A stretch of 61,793 nucleotides of DNA, filler included, from Collodictyon triciliatum (Eukaryota), in the NCBI GenBank assembly GCA_043381765.1. It is 6 parts of 6 records of this genome, joined end to end, with 100 filler letters (N's around TTAATTAATTAA, not from the genome) between each part and the next. Parts side by side here need not be neighbours in the genome. Positions count along the whole stretch, not along the records: positions 1 to 23,295 come from JBHJMP010000638.1; positions 23,396 to 35,227 come from JBHJMP010000640.1; 4 more parts are not named here. One strand, 5' to 3'. Positions within the stretch are counted from its first letter, which is position 1; each line of letters starts with the position of its first letter. Shown in pieces: positions 11,801 to 24,584 of this stretch. Made by a program: the position numbers and the translations under genes. The notes below the pieces were generated by a model that worked only from the letters and a program-made list of their open reading frames with translations, was not told the DNA's origin and made no database searches.

Positions 11801-13970
11801 TCGTCTATGCGATGAATATCCTGCTATGAAAAAGAATCACTCATGAGTTTTGTTTACTATGTTTTTTTGCCCAGTATGCAAAGGGACACAAAACGAATCC
11901 TTTTGTATTCACTAGATCACTTTGACACTGATTTTAATTTTCATTACCCTCGTTGCCCCAGCGACAGTTTGTGTCCTCCATTGGTCGCTTGGTGATGGAT
12001 TCGGGTTTTCTGATAACAATCGAGCAACATCTAGATGGTTGAAGCGACGCGCTAGATCCAGCGGTGTTTCACGCGAGTGATTCATGATATCGCTGTAAAC
12101 ACCAGCTTCAAGTAATACAGCCACACATAGTGCATGTCCTTCCTTGGAGGCGAGATGAAGCGGGGTATTCCCTTTGTTCGTCTTCAAACTTGGTTCTGCA
12201 CCCGCTTGTAATAATACACGAACAACATCTGAATAACCAGACGCACTAGCCCAGTGAATAGCAGAGGCGCCAATGTGGTCAATTGCATCCGTGTTTGCAC
12301 CTGTAATTTAAATCAATCAGAGAACAGCAAAGCAACGACCAAAGATACTTCCCAACTGGTGATATCAATTAATTAATTTACAAGAGCTTTATGCCATTAC
12401 TAGTGACAGCAAGTCAAAATACTCGTGCTTTCATGAGAATACCATCATTTGTATGTAAGTATGAACATTTACCTCTGTCAATCAAGAATGATGCGATGCG
12501 TGCATTTGGACAAAAAGCAGCGTGATGAAGGGCCGTCTTTCCAGTTTCATCGATGGTGGATATCTGTGCTCCGCACCCAAGTAGCTCTGCAGCAATATCA
12601 ACCTTACCACGCATGCATGCAATATGGAGAGCAGTCAATCCTTTATAACCTGATTTTTGTAAACAGTAAAATGAACTAGTAAATGGCTAGAGGTGATGTG
12701 AGGGGTATATAATTTAACAGATGAATGAATGGCGGACGTTTCTTTTCCAGATAAGAAAAGCAGTGAAGGAAAAACCAGGAAGCGTAGCGTCTGCATTATA
12801 ATCAAGGAGAACGCGAACTGTTTCTACATCAGCCCAATTGGCAGCCAAGTGAAGAGGGGATTCACGCTATATTGTTTTTTTTTTATCACATCGATAAAAG
12901 GGTTAATATTTCAACCATAGTTTAAGTATTCTTTGACACGGGTATATTATTTTATCCTTTAAGTTCTATTTAGTCATGATTTTGACACATTTGCTGACCT
13001 GTGGATTTAGGATATTGATGTGATGCCTCTTTTTCCTTAGCAATAAGGTAACTATCTCGTGATGTGCTATTATGACCCAAAATATGACGGTGACTCATAC
13101 ATTTTTTTGTTTTGCTTTATTTTAAATTTTAGGAAAAAATTGCGCGAAGTGATAAACTGGAACAGAAAAAATAACACACACAACAAATGGAAAGGAAGGG
13201 AGTGACAATAATAAATAATAAATAATAAATAATAAATAATACATAATAAATAATACATAATACATAATAAATAATACATAATAAATAATACATAATAAAT
13301 AATACATAATAAATAATACATAATAAATAATACATAATAAATAATACATAATAAANNNNNNNNNNNNNNNNNNNNNNNNNNNNNNNNNNNNNNNNNNNNN
13401 NNNNNNNNNNNNNNNNNNNNNNNNNNNNNNNNNNNNNNNNNNNNNNNNNNNNNNNAGAAAAGAAAAAAGAAAAGAAAAAAGAAAAGAAAAAAGAAAAGAA
13501 AAAAGAAAAGAAAAAGAAAAGAAAAAAGAAAAGAAAAAAGAAAAGAAAAGAAAAGAAAAGAAAAGAAAAGAAAAGAAAAGAAAAGAAAAGAAAAGAAAAG
13601 AAAAGAAAAGAAAGGAATAGGAAAGAAGAAAAGAAGAAAAATATAAATAATAGATAAACAAAGTGAATGAATCAAATGGGATAGTCTAAAAGAAGGTCTT
13701 ATGATTTCAGTAGATACCTGAGCGAGCAGCCAAATGTATCGGCCAGCTTCCCTCGGCGTCGGGAATATCCACTGAGGCGTTTTGCATCAACAAATACCGC
13801 ACACATTCGGTCCGCCCGCGACGAACAGCAACATGAAGGGCACATTCCCGACGGGCATTGAGCGCATCAAGCGGTACATTTTCTTTCTCTACAAGTTGTT
13901 TTACACGCGCAAGATCGCCCTTCTCTGCCGAGAGGATGAGTTGATCCACTTGTTCGTCCGGCCGAGGCAT
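5713..13970 (-). CDS. Multi-exon fusion: ankyrin repeats + degenerate 4CL/luciferase-like adenylation domain + low-complexity linker + intact acyl-CoA synthetase domain
   Basis: Ankyrin motifs (ECALHVA, SWPIHLA, ESPLHLA, LTALHIA, KTALHHA, ASAIHWA, NTPLHLA, ETPLDLA) splice in frame (ATR|QDIH) into domain 1 (QLYGTSE, GEICIKGPQVFSGY, GWFHTGDVG), then EITEK|RANIP into the 8529-9440 ORF and domain 2 (YTSGTTGVPKG, FGQVE, GWLYTGD, DRKCD, LPKNAAGKIMK); stop TGA at 5713. Start could be further upstream (14165). Confidence 0.8.
13208..13615. repeat. Intronic compound microsatellite (AATAAAT/AATACAT)n, N gap, (GAAAA)n
   Basis: Visible repeats flanking a 100-N gap in the first intron of the ankyrin fusion gene. 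Confidence 0.9.
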
Positions 13971-14261
13971 TGTCGAGAAGCAGACTAATTTTAATTCCAT
14001 TAGGCCGATTATAAAAGACACTGAGTGGCCCGTAAAAAAATAATTAAGGGGATGGCTTTGCTGCTGGACGCGGACTGAGACTCTGCGATCTGCTTCTGTG
14101 CTTGGCTGCTTCCACACGCGGGTTCTCAACAGCTCTCTGCTTCCGCTGGTCTTGGGTGTCTCCATAGTGCTGCTTTCGAAAATGAGAGTTCATACCGAAA
14201 TAGGAATTTATGATATAATCCAGAAGTATCATTCCCTTAATGCGGAATAAATACGGATGAA

Positions 14262-14484
14262 CCATAAAAAACCCATAAAAAACCCATAAAAAACCCATAA
14301 AAAACTCCATAAAAAACTCCATAAAAAACTCCATAAAAAACTCCATAAAAAACTCCATAAAAAACTCCATAAAAAACTCCATAAAAAACCCCATAAAAAA
14401 CCCCATAAAAAACCCCATAAAAAACCCCATAAAAAACCCCATAAAAAACCCCATAAAAAACCCCATAAAAAACCCCCATAAAAC
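14262..14484. repeat. 12-bp minisatellite (AAAAAAC[T/C]CCAT)n with variants in ordered blocks
   Basis: About 18 units: 11-mers, then CTCCAT units, then CCCCAT units. Confidence 0.95.
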
Positions 14485-14539
14485 CAAACGAAAGATTTAA
14501 TGGTGCTCTCTGGGTGGGAAACACACTTTCTATACAGCC

Positions 14540-16472
14540 TGATGGGGCCAAGAAAGCGGCTGAAGCACTAGCCGACCAAGAGCGCCAGGACGAAGCCGTT
14601 GGGTGAAGACTCGAGATTCTGCGACAACTGCAGCCGGAGCAGTCCCCATCAGATGTCCTTCTCCAGCACTGCACAAGAATCACTATCAAGAAGAGGCCAA
14701 AGCCATGTCCCCCATGACGTTGCACTTCTAACGGGCCTGATACTATTAAAATTGTATCGCAACGACCTCTCCATTCTTCCCAAGTAATATTAAGCGTAGG
14801 ATGGCTGGAGGCGTTGTATCCTGGATGGAACTGCCTAACAGGAATACCTGAAGATTTTTGTTGACTTACCCACCTACAAGAACGCTATTTACTCGAAAAT
14901 ATCATACCGAAATTACTAGAGCAGATATGGACGATTGTGGAGCTCAATTTACTCACGATTTGTGGGAATTCGGTATGGCACCTAGTCATTTAATACTCGA
15001 TGCCCGAAAGGAAATGCCGCAAACGGCGCTTTATTGTCTTTTTTTTCTTTTTTCTTATTTATTATTTAACTATAAATTTCAAATGAAAAACTGAAAAATT
15101 CGATTGATTGTTTGTGTTAAATAATCGCGAGTAGATCTAAGAAATATCTCCTTGGATTACCGGATGGTCAAAAGTATCTAGATTGAGCATCAAGCACTAC
15201 AGAATGTTACACACCAAAAGCTCACCTCGTGGAATCACTCAACTTCCATATTGGAACGTCCCTTCAAGACGTTACCAAGAGCATATCCATAGCTTGCGAC
15301 TGTATTTACCTGTGCGATTCCACTGCTTCTATCCCATTTTTTTAATCAGTATTCTCCATGGGAGTGGGGTTTGATAAATAAAGGAATGAAAGGTCATCGA
15401 TTTTATTTCCATTTTAAAAGTATAGAAGGAAAATATAATCCCTGAATGAATGAGCGGCTCTTCGAAAGCCTCGAAAGATATCGCAAGACGTTCTGCATCA
15501 ATGTACTAAATAGTTTACAAATCAACTCGTTGCATCTTGTGTGAGGGCAAAAAATATAATATTTAAATACCTCACCATATTGACCCTCACAAAGCCTACT
15601 ACACCTTTCACAACTAAGCCTCATCTTCATTAATACTATTTGTTTTTAATTTGCAGATGAATCGTCTTGTGTCTCTCCACTTGTCACAATCACGAAATAA
15701 GACGTAGAAGGAGTCGACCTTGACACGACATAGATATTAGAAGGGAGAATATAGGCATTATACAAGCTTCATATGAGGGAAGAACCCACGTCTATCAAAG
15801 TGATCAATACTTTGGCCAATAATGACTGCGAAGAGTATGATGTGCTCACTCGAGAGGCTAAACTTATGGTGAACCTGTGACACACAATCATCATTTCACT
15901 ATATGCCTACTGCTCTGCCAACCGACGGGTTATGTGCATCGAGGGGTACGCTAATGGAGGCCATATGGGATTTGATTAGAAAAGCCGGGGCTTTGCCATT
16001 CAGCAGTATGTTAAAATACTCTTTGAATGTTGTCGCTGGACTCGCCTATCTCCACAGCCGCTCGCCTCCCATGGAGCATCGCAACTTGAAGCCCGAAAAT
16101 GTTCTCCTTTGTGGCCATGTAGCACGTATATGTGACTTTGGATTATCCGCAGCAAGAGAAACAGTCTCTCGAACAACTCGATTGGCTAGGACATTCCACT
16201 ACGTCGCACCAGAGGCTTTTGAATACAAATCGCACGGGCCCATGAGCGACAAAAAAACTTTTGAACGTGTGCTCTGAGCCATTCTCCTTGGCGAGTGGCC
16301 TTACGATGGGATGACCTATACGCTAACCATGGCGAAGAAACTGAGAAAAGACACCGAGTTTCTGCGCGAACACCCAGAGAAGCTGGCGCAGTTGGGAAGT
16401 GAATGCTGGTTCTTAGACCCGCACCAGTGTCCGAATGCAAAGTAGCTTGAAATACGACCCAAAGAGCTGTAA
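14540..16472 (+). pseudogene. Decayed LRR + protein kinase (TKL-like) gene
   Basis: LRR-like VPHDVALLTGLILLKLYRNDLSILPK*, LEALYPGWNCLTGIPEDFC*LTHLQERYLLEN; kinase REAKLMVNL*HTIII, GLAYLHS, HRNLKPENVLL, ICDFGLS, YVAPE, VL*AILLGEWPY, CWFLDP; several in-frame stops and frameshifts. Confidence 0.8.
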
Positions 16473-17339
16473 CAGCCCAAGCGGAAAACCAAACCGTAGG
16501 TTTGTCAAGGAAAGGTTGGGCTTGTCGCTGATCACAATTATTATCACTTCTTTTTTTGGGTATCGGAAGGCAGCGTCGATTTAATTTTTGGGGAAAACTT
16601 TCGTGACAAACCCAGACTTTAGGAATCCGGATTCCAGAAACCCTCGATTTCCTTACAAAGCGATCCGTCAATCCCAGCATTAGCGCAGACGCGGGCGCTT
16701 CCTTTCAAGCGCAGGAAAGCCCCCCACTTTTCTTTCGCACCAGACGCGCACATATCGATTTGATGGAAACCATAAAAAAGAATAAGAAAAGAAAAATAAA
16801 TCAAAAAAAATGAATAGAGATGTGGACACACAACAGATGAGGAGAAAAATGAGGGAAGGGGATAAAAAGTACAAAGAAAAAACAGTATCCCATCAAGCGC
16901 AATCTGCTGGGACTTTACTCTTTTTTTTTTTTTTTTGTTTTTTTAATTTTTTTTTATTTCTCACCTTTTTTTTTATTTGTGGGTGCGTGGGTGTGCACTT
17001 GTTGGGTCTGCGTACATACATATACATATATTTAAATGAAGGCTTTCTTTTTTTCTTTTTAAAAAGATATTTGTAGCAGGAAACAAATATTAAGAAAAAT
17101 GTCAAGCTTAGTAGCGATCTCTCCTCTCTGTTCCCAGTTCGTCGGTCTTTCCCTCCTCCCTTATTTTTTTCATTTAAACATAGAAGAATCCCTTCTGTGC
17201 CTTATAGAAAGAAAAAGAAAGACGAGTTGCTAGCCTGTTAATAAAAGCCACTCCACATTTCCCCAAGCGCCCCAGCATCAGGCTTCTGCCAAATAGCAGC
17301 AAACCCAACGCGCTTTTGATCAGCACGTATTCTGTGACC

Positions 17340-20300
17340 ATGGACACAGGTGAAATCAAACCACGTCCAGACAGAGACGAGTCAGAAGGCTCTGAAGAGC
17401 TGCGTACGGAGGTTGAAGAACAACATGTTCAAAGCAGCAGCGATCTGTCGCACTCAGAACCGCACCGCACATTCAGCCTCACCAACTGGGAGCAAATGCC
17501 TCTTCTGCAAGGCTGGATTCAGCACGAGGCAGAAAGGAGAGAGTCCCAATTGCTACCAGGCTTCTGCGCTGGTTCACAGCCAACTCCAGGTTCGCCCTCG
17601 ACCCCTGGTCAGAGACATCGCACGCGTTGGCTTCGAAGCGTGGCTTACCTCTTTACAGACCGAATGGAGCTGTACCAAGGAGAACTGGGTGCCGGCGGAG
17701 TATTGCGAGGTACATGGCGCCTATCAGATTATGCCAGTGTCACACGCGCGAGTCACTACTCACAGGCACATCCTTTCTGCATCTCGCTGCATCCAAGAGA
17801 CTGTGACTGCCCGGCCGATTGCACGAGTACCAGACCCTCTGAGCATGATGCTGGTGATAAACTATCTGACGAGTGCACAAGTACCGGGGACTGTGTAGAT
17901 AAAGAGCAGTCTCCAAAGTTGACCTGTGGTGGCCGAAGAACACTATACAATGTAACAAAGGGGCACTGCTTTTTTGAGCCCCAAGCAGAGGCATCTTACT
18001 GGCTCTATCTGCTTGAAATTATCATTGGGCTCCAAAATGCAAATCCTGTGCCGCTGCATCCTTCTCAAATAGCCCGAATCCTCCGAGATGTTCTCCAGAA
18101 ACCTGAAAAATCTTCATCCGGATCAAAAATAAAACAGACATCCGAAGAGCATGATGCTTCCCATGGAGACCAGAAATTGCAGAGCAGCGTGCCGCCAAAC
18201 TTAATTGACTCTATTCCTTTGCATAATTTGTTCAAGAACTCACTTCACCCCATCGCAAACCAGAATCGGTGGCAAGGAATATGCCTCAGCCTACCACCTG
18301 ATATTGCTGCAGTGCTGGACCTTGAGACCTCCGTGCCCTCAGATGGCTTGCAATTCTCGTCCAATGCTAAAGGCACGCTGCAAGACACATATAGCCCAGG
18401 AAAAATAGGTGATAGGCGAACAGGGTTGGATTCTGATTACGATTCTAATTTGCACTGTAGCACCACCCAAAGAAAAGACGACTTTCATTTCGACGGCATC
18501 ATATTTGTTTTAAGAGGGGATGCTTGGCAGTCAGTCGAAACAAAAGCTGATCGATCTGGACTGAATCTTAGGGGCTGCCTACTGCCTTGGGAACGGGTTC
18601 GTTCAAGCCAAACTTTTCAGTTTGAGATCAACCTGCCACCTAAGCCGCACAATTCTCTCATATCTTGTGTGTTAAACATATGGGAGCAAGAGGCACCCCA
18701 AGCTGACCCTCCTTTGACCAAAGACATCAAAAATTCGACATATCCATCATCATCACCACCAGCGTCTCATTCATCGCCCGATTCTTCTCCGATCCCGGTT
18801 GTTACATCATCGCCTCCCCCTACATCGTTTTCTCAATCATATGTAGAAAACAACACTTATCGGGGATACCCCGTCCTAGTCCACGACAAAAACTGTACTG
18901 ACTGGCTAGATACCATACGTTGGTTTGCATGGCGAGATTGGAACGACGAATACCAAGATATGATAGAATGGCTCCGCTCTGCCCAATGGCACGAAAAATC
19001 ATCAAAACTCATTTACGAAGGTTCTTGTCATCTTCTCTCAGTGCATTTAGATTTTCAACAATCTTGCCACCAAATCCTCAAAAAAATTATGGATGGAAGC
19101 ATGGAGCCGTCTCTTCCTCCAACATTCCCGGAGGGGTATTCTACTCATGCTGTGAAAATTAATATTCCAAAAGAGAAATTCGGAGCTAATTCCATTATTA
19201 GTCCAAACTTTGAATCACCATCAAACCCAAGCTCAGACCCAATCCCTGTCTTGAATCAAACATCAACACCACCACATCTGTTATCTGGATCCAACTCTGA
19301 GCCCATACCTCGGCAACAAAAATTTTCGACAGGTCTTATCTCTGATCCCCTGTCTGATTCGAACCTTATGGCCGACCCTTGTTCTATCATCAAGACAGAC
19401 TCAAACCTAAATTTGGAGCAAAGGATAACCGAAGATATAAATATATCGTATAAGTACTTCCGTCACCGTGACATTTGTTGCCAAGTCGCATGCTTAAATA
19501 AGCCAGAATCCTGCTCTTCCATTGCTGCTCGCAAGATTTTAACAGATCAGTTCCGCTCTGTTTTAGCAATCGAGGAATCTATCAGACAAAATTGGAGAGA
19601 GCTTTCTTCATTCCAAGATCCTTCCTCAAAAAAGTTTATTCCAAAGCAAGGGTTATTCCCGCAATTGGCTGTCCTTATGGACTACGCTGGTATCCGATTC
19701 TACTTTTTTGCCGACCCTGGATACTCGCACCCTGCCTCCAGTCTGGTATATGACACAGCAGCCACTTCCATGGATTCTCAAGCGACAAATATGATTTTTC
19801 ACGAATATTTACGCAGAATAGGGATGCGATTAAATTTGTTAGGACGCTTAGAAAATGGACGATGGTCTTATGGTCCCTGTTGCTCCCGTGGTTATAGGTA
19901 ATTTGCCAGGCTTTGCACATTTTTTTTATTCAGAATGTTTCAACACATTTAAAAGGAAGAAACCAGAGCATTCGAAATAATACATTTCATTTGACTTATC
20001 TATTCCCTGGCACTCAACTCGCTCATTTTCCATCAATACTTTTTTTTATCCCACTGTATTACCTCATATTGGTACGTTGATATCATTTTTTTTTTGTTCT
20101 CAATTTTTTTTTATTATAGTTAATAATAAGTGTAATTCTTTATGTATAGATGCCCAGATGACCGACATTATATTTACCACACCGAAAATCTTTTACCAAT
20201 TCAAGACATTCAAACTGTCCATGAGTATGCCATAAATTCTTCTATCAAATCTACGCATATTCCTCGATTTCGCCCCGAGTTTCTAAGGTCTTATCCGGAG

Positions 20301-22685
20301 CCCTTATCAAATGTTGGATGTGACGTTAGATTTGTTGATGAAAAAATGGAGACAAAGTTGGCAGAGTCCATTCGACAAAGAGCAACATTGTACTTAATCA
20401 ACGAAAGAATTTTCCATTTTGTTCATTCTCTAACAGAAGAAATGAAGTGGCCGATATCCACATCGATGCATTTGATGGGCATTAACATTCGTTACCTCGG
20501 TAGAGTTTTGCAGATTTTAGCTTCTCGACAAGATAGAATATCAAGATACTGGGTTCCAAAAATTGCCACCGAAATCACGCGGCGTTCGTTGAAAATCGAA
20601 GGAAGAGGGCTGTTTCTCAAGTCACCTGCGCAAGATTCTCAAAATTTGAAAAAATTGGCGTTCGGTTTCTTCATTCAATTTCTTGGTTCTGACGGGCCCA
20701 CTTTCTGTATTGATGTAGTATGGAATACATTTCAATTTTTTTCAGACCTTCCGCCCATGGACAAAGAAGATTTTATCAGACATGTTGATATGAATGTTGT
20801 ATTCGAGGGTGTTATAGCAGACCTTGGAATTCAGCTAAACCAACAAGCAGTTGTCTCACAGACCTTATCATCATACAATGACATACAACAAATTGCTCCT
20901 GTCATCAAAACAACATCTTATCCGATTCTCGAACAAGGTATATCAGCCATGGAGTTGAGTAGGCCTGAAAGAAAGCTGCTATCCGCTATATCTCAAGAGG
21001 CAAAGGCAATATCCATGGGACAGGCATTTTCATGCTTCAACCAAGTTCTATCTCAAAGTGGCATGTACCCAGAGTGTTTAATGATGCTCGGAATTTGTCA
21101 TAGATACAATAATGGTGTCAGCAAGGGAAAATATGAATTCGAAGCGTGTATAGCCAGTTCGGGATATCTGCCTGAAGCCATGGTCCAAATACTAGAGGTC
21201 CACTCCGAATCGTCCATAAGATCCGGACTAATATATTCGATGGGTTCTCTCATTCGAGGGTACGACACAGGCCACAAAATAGAAGATCGAGTTGCTCATC
21301 ACATTCACCGACTGACCCGCTCATCCCTTTCATCATCGATTATATCTCAAATCATACACGGCCTCCCTCGCTCGTACTCTCCTCGGACTGCTGCTGTGAT
21401 GGAGCTATCCAAAATGAAGCCAAATTTTCTGGATTTTTTCCTTTATCCCACCAATCTCTTGAATTCCAAAAAGGTGGACGACGAGACCATCCTGAGTCTC
21501 ATGTCTAATTTTTCAAACTTTCTGTCTTCAAAGTTTGTATTCCCAGCGATAGTCTCTCGTGTCGACAGAGACCCTTTGTCAATACTGCTTTTGGGTGCGT
21601 TTGCTCGGGCGATTCGGGTTTTGTGTGATTTTGAAATTATGAATCCAGATATTAAGATTCTATTCACACGCCGAATTATGGAAGACGGTGGGTCTCTTGA
21701 GTCTATCATTAAGGTTATCAACTCTGCAACCGTTGACTGTGGAGCCCTTGGGGGTGGCATCCCCCTGTCACCTTTGAATATGATCGTTGAGTACCATGCA
21801 GTTTATGCCTGCCTTCACTGCCTAGAAGATCCTGTGTGCTTTGATAAATTTGAGAGCTCTGGAATGGAAGCCTTGTGCCGCTCCCTTTTTCGAAGTGGAA
21901 GTTTTGTTCAAAGCCAGTTGATCATATCTGGGTTCAGTCGACTCTGTCGTCACCCTAGATTCCTGGATGTACTTGTCAACCACCCTGAATTGATTTCACT
22001 ATCCGCATCTTTGGCTTTTCACTCGATACCAGCAGTGGCGAGCTCTAGCTGGCATTTCTTGAATCGTTGCTCCAGAAGTACAATCGGACTTAATTTGTTT
22101 GCACAGGAGAATGTCTACATTGCCCTTGTTTGTCGTCGATATGGTATCCGTATATTACAAGATTGCGAGCACATCGGATATCTCAAGATGATATCCCGTT
22201 CTGGAGCTTTGGAGATGGAAAAGGCCCTCGTTGGTGAGGCCCAGACGTTCCTCCAATTCTTACTCCAACTCATCAAACCAAAGAACGATGCCCAGGACGA
22301 GGAAGAGGTGAAGTCATTAAGAAACCAAGTCATCTGTCAGCTTGGTGATATGAAAGTTCCATCAATTTTGATTCAAATTGGAATGGTTCTTTTGCGACCT
22401 TTGCTTTTCCACTCCATTAGTAGCCTCCTCTACACATTCCAGAAAACTTTACCCATGAGCGACTATTTCACTTCAATGACTCTACAACAGTTCATCATCC
22501 TTGGAAAACAACACTCGTTTGCAGGAACAGAGCGCCTTCTTGAGATTTTAATGAGCTTCGATGAAGACACTACATCGTCTACTCTTGAAGACTTTGAGCA
22601 TTCCTTGATTGTTACAGATAGGGGTACCGCAAGGTTGAGTTTCCTACCCGATACTTTTCCTGACATCCCGGACTTCTCCATTTAA
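17340..22685 (+). CDS. ~1697-aa CLU-domain protein with PH-like N-terminal region and helical (TPR/ARM-like) C-terminus; exons 17340-19897, 20150-22685
   Basis: Two long ORFs joined in frame by one GT-AG intron (GYR|CPDDRHYI); CLU-like motifs LAVLMDYAGIRF, RFRPEFLRSYPEPLS, MHLMGINIRYLGRV; PH-like TRWLRSVAYLFTDRMELY...HPFCISL...ASYWLYLL. Confidence 0.75.
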
Positions 22686-23078
22686 AGATATACAGGCATT
22701 TATTTCCCCAATTTATTTACTTAACTTAAATGACTTCTTGAACGGTCAAAAAAAAAAAAAAAACCAAGAAAAACCAAAAGACAAGACAAAACAAGAAAGA
22801 CACTTCCATATAACTTAAACGAATACAGGGGATAAAGTAATGACACAAACTATTATCAATTGGAATAAAGCAAAAAGTCCAGGCGTGTTTTCATTCTGAC
22901 TTTTTTTTTTCATGTATTTTTTTTTTAAAAAAAGAAAACAAAAGAAATCATGAAGACCGACATCTGTTTATGATAATTTTATTTCGCCTATTCTGTCACA
23001 AAATTCGAGGGTCATGCTATATAAAAGTTGAGATAGGTGCACATGGTAGAGAGCAAACGCGAGTAGGGGAAGACACTA

Positions 23079-23295
23079 CTATGAAGATGCAACCACTGGA
23101 AAGAAGTCAGTGATAGTAAGTTGGTCAGGTGGGCGTCCCAACTGGTTGATTGGTTGCGTGGGTAGCAGGGGTTGGATATGCTGTGGGAGATATCGCACGA
23201 CACATTCCCACATCCCTCTTCGCTTGCGGTCAGAGTAGCGAAGAATGCGAGCGTGTTTCAGCAGGCTGTTCAGGAAGCTGTATTGCACGAGGCTC
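23079..23295 (-). other. C-terminal fragment of an unknown ORF cut by the contig end; possibly the 3' end of a retroelement
   Basis: Open frame ...GMWECVVRYLP...GRPPDQLTITDFFPVVASS*; contig breaks in unique-looking sequence rather than a microsatellite. Confidence 0.35.
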
Positions 23296-23395
23296 NNNNN
23301 NNNNNNNNNNNNNNNNNNNNNNNNNNNNNNNNNNNNNNNTTAATTAATTAANNNNNNNNNNNNNNNNNNNNNNNNNNNNNNNNNNNNNNNNNNNN
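23296..23395. other. Artificial contig spacer (44N-TTAATTAATTAA-44N)
   Basis: Six-frame stop linker inside Ns; same pattern at 35228-35327, 40757-40856, 49177-49276, 55353-55452. Confidence 0.97.
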
Positions 23396-23612
23396 TTTAT
23401 ATTTTTTTATATTTTTTTATATTTTTTTATATTTTTTTATATTTTTTTATATTTTTTTATATTTTTTTATATAAGTATGATTATCAAATTGAAGCATGAT
23501 TTTCTCTAGACATCTCAATTTCAACGTGTATATAATTATGTCATATGAACCTTATCACCTAACCTATTTTTAACATAATCAGAAAACCAACTAATCACGA
23601 ATAAAAAAAAAG

Positions 23613-24449
23613 GGAATAATGTTCCTCACTACGAATCGAGTCACTGATTTCGACGAGGCGTTCCAAAACAGAATAACAGTTGCACTTCAGTTCGATCCAC
23701 TTGATTTATTCTCACGCGAGAAAGTTTGGCATACTATTTTACAGTCGAATGGATTGATTGGAAGACAGTCGAGAGCTGGATTCACGAAAAACACCACGAC
23801 AGCGACCCAGCTAGACCTATCAGTGATGGCTGAATCGTGCGTCTATTCAGTTTTTTTATCTTTTCTTTTTTATGTTTTCTATTACCTTTTATCCTGCTGT
23901 CTTTTGTCTTTATTATCTCTCATCCTTTATGTTTGGTATTTGTCACTCATCAAAGAAAAGAAGGCATTTACTCGCGATCGAATTGTTGATTTGACATCAA
24001 TAAATGAGAAGTACAGACGATGGACAATATGAAGACGAAGCTTCACCGAGACACAACTCAGCAGCGAACCTGCGAAGGAAGTCGTCTGGCCGATTCTCAG
24101 AGTCCATGAGGTAATAACACTGACTTTTTTTAGTCCTATGCCAATTGCTGTACTTTAGATATGTTTGTGAACTTCTCCCTCCGACGGCATCATTCCTTCC
24201 TAGTTGCGTGTGTGGTTAACATTCCATTTCAACTATGCTCATAGGAGTTACGGAGATCTTTTGGCATCTGGACAGGGGCTTTATGACCTTACAAGTGTAG
24301 AAAGTCACATCCCAGCGCTGGCGCAGTACGACCTGAATGGAAGACAAATACAGGTATGTCTGCTTAGTTTCGTGACACACTTCATTTATTTATAATATCA
24401 TTTATTTATTTATTCATTTATTTATTTATTCATTTATTTATTTGTTTGT

Positions 24450-24532
<83 letters not shown>

Positions 24533-24553
24533 TTAATGAATTTATTAATGAAT

Positions 24554-24584
<31 letters not shown>

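Noticed and set aside
14262-14484. CRISPR-like or telomeric array
   Set aside because: No spacers, eukaryotic context, internal position; an ordinary minisatellite.
16622-16635. 14-bp palindrome GGAATCCGGATTCC
   Set aside because: Isolated, with no associated element ends or second copy seen.
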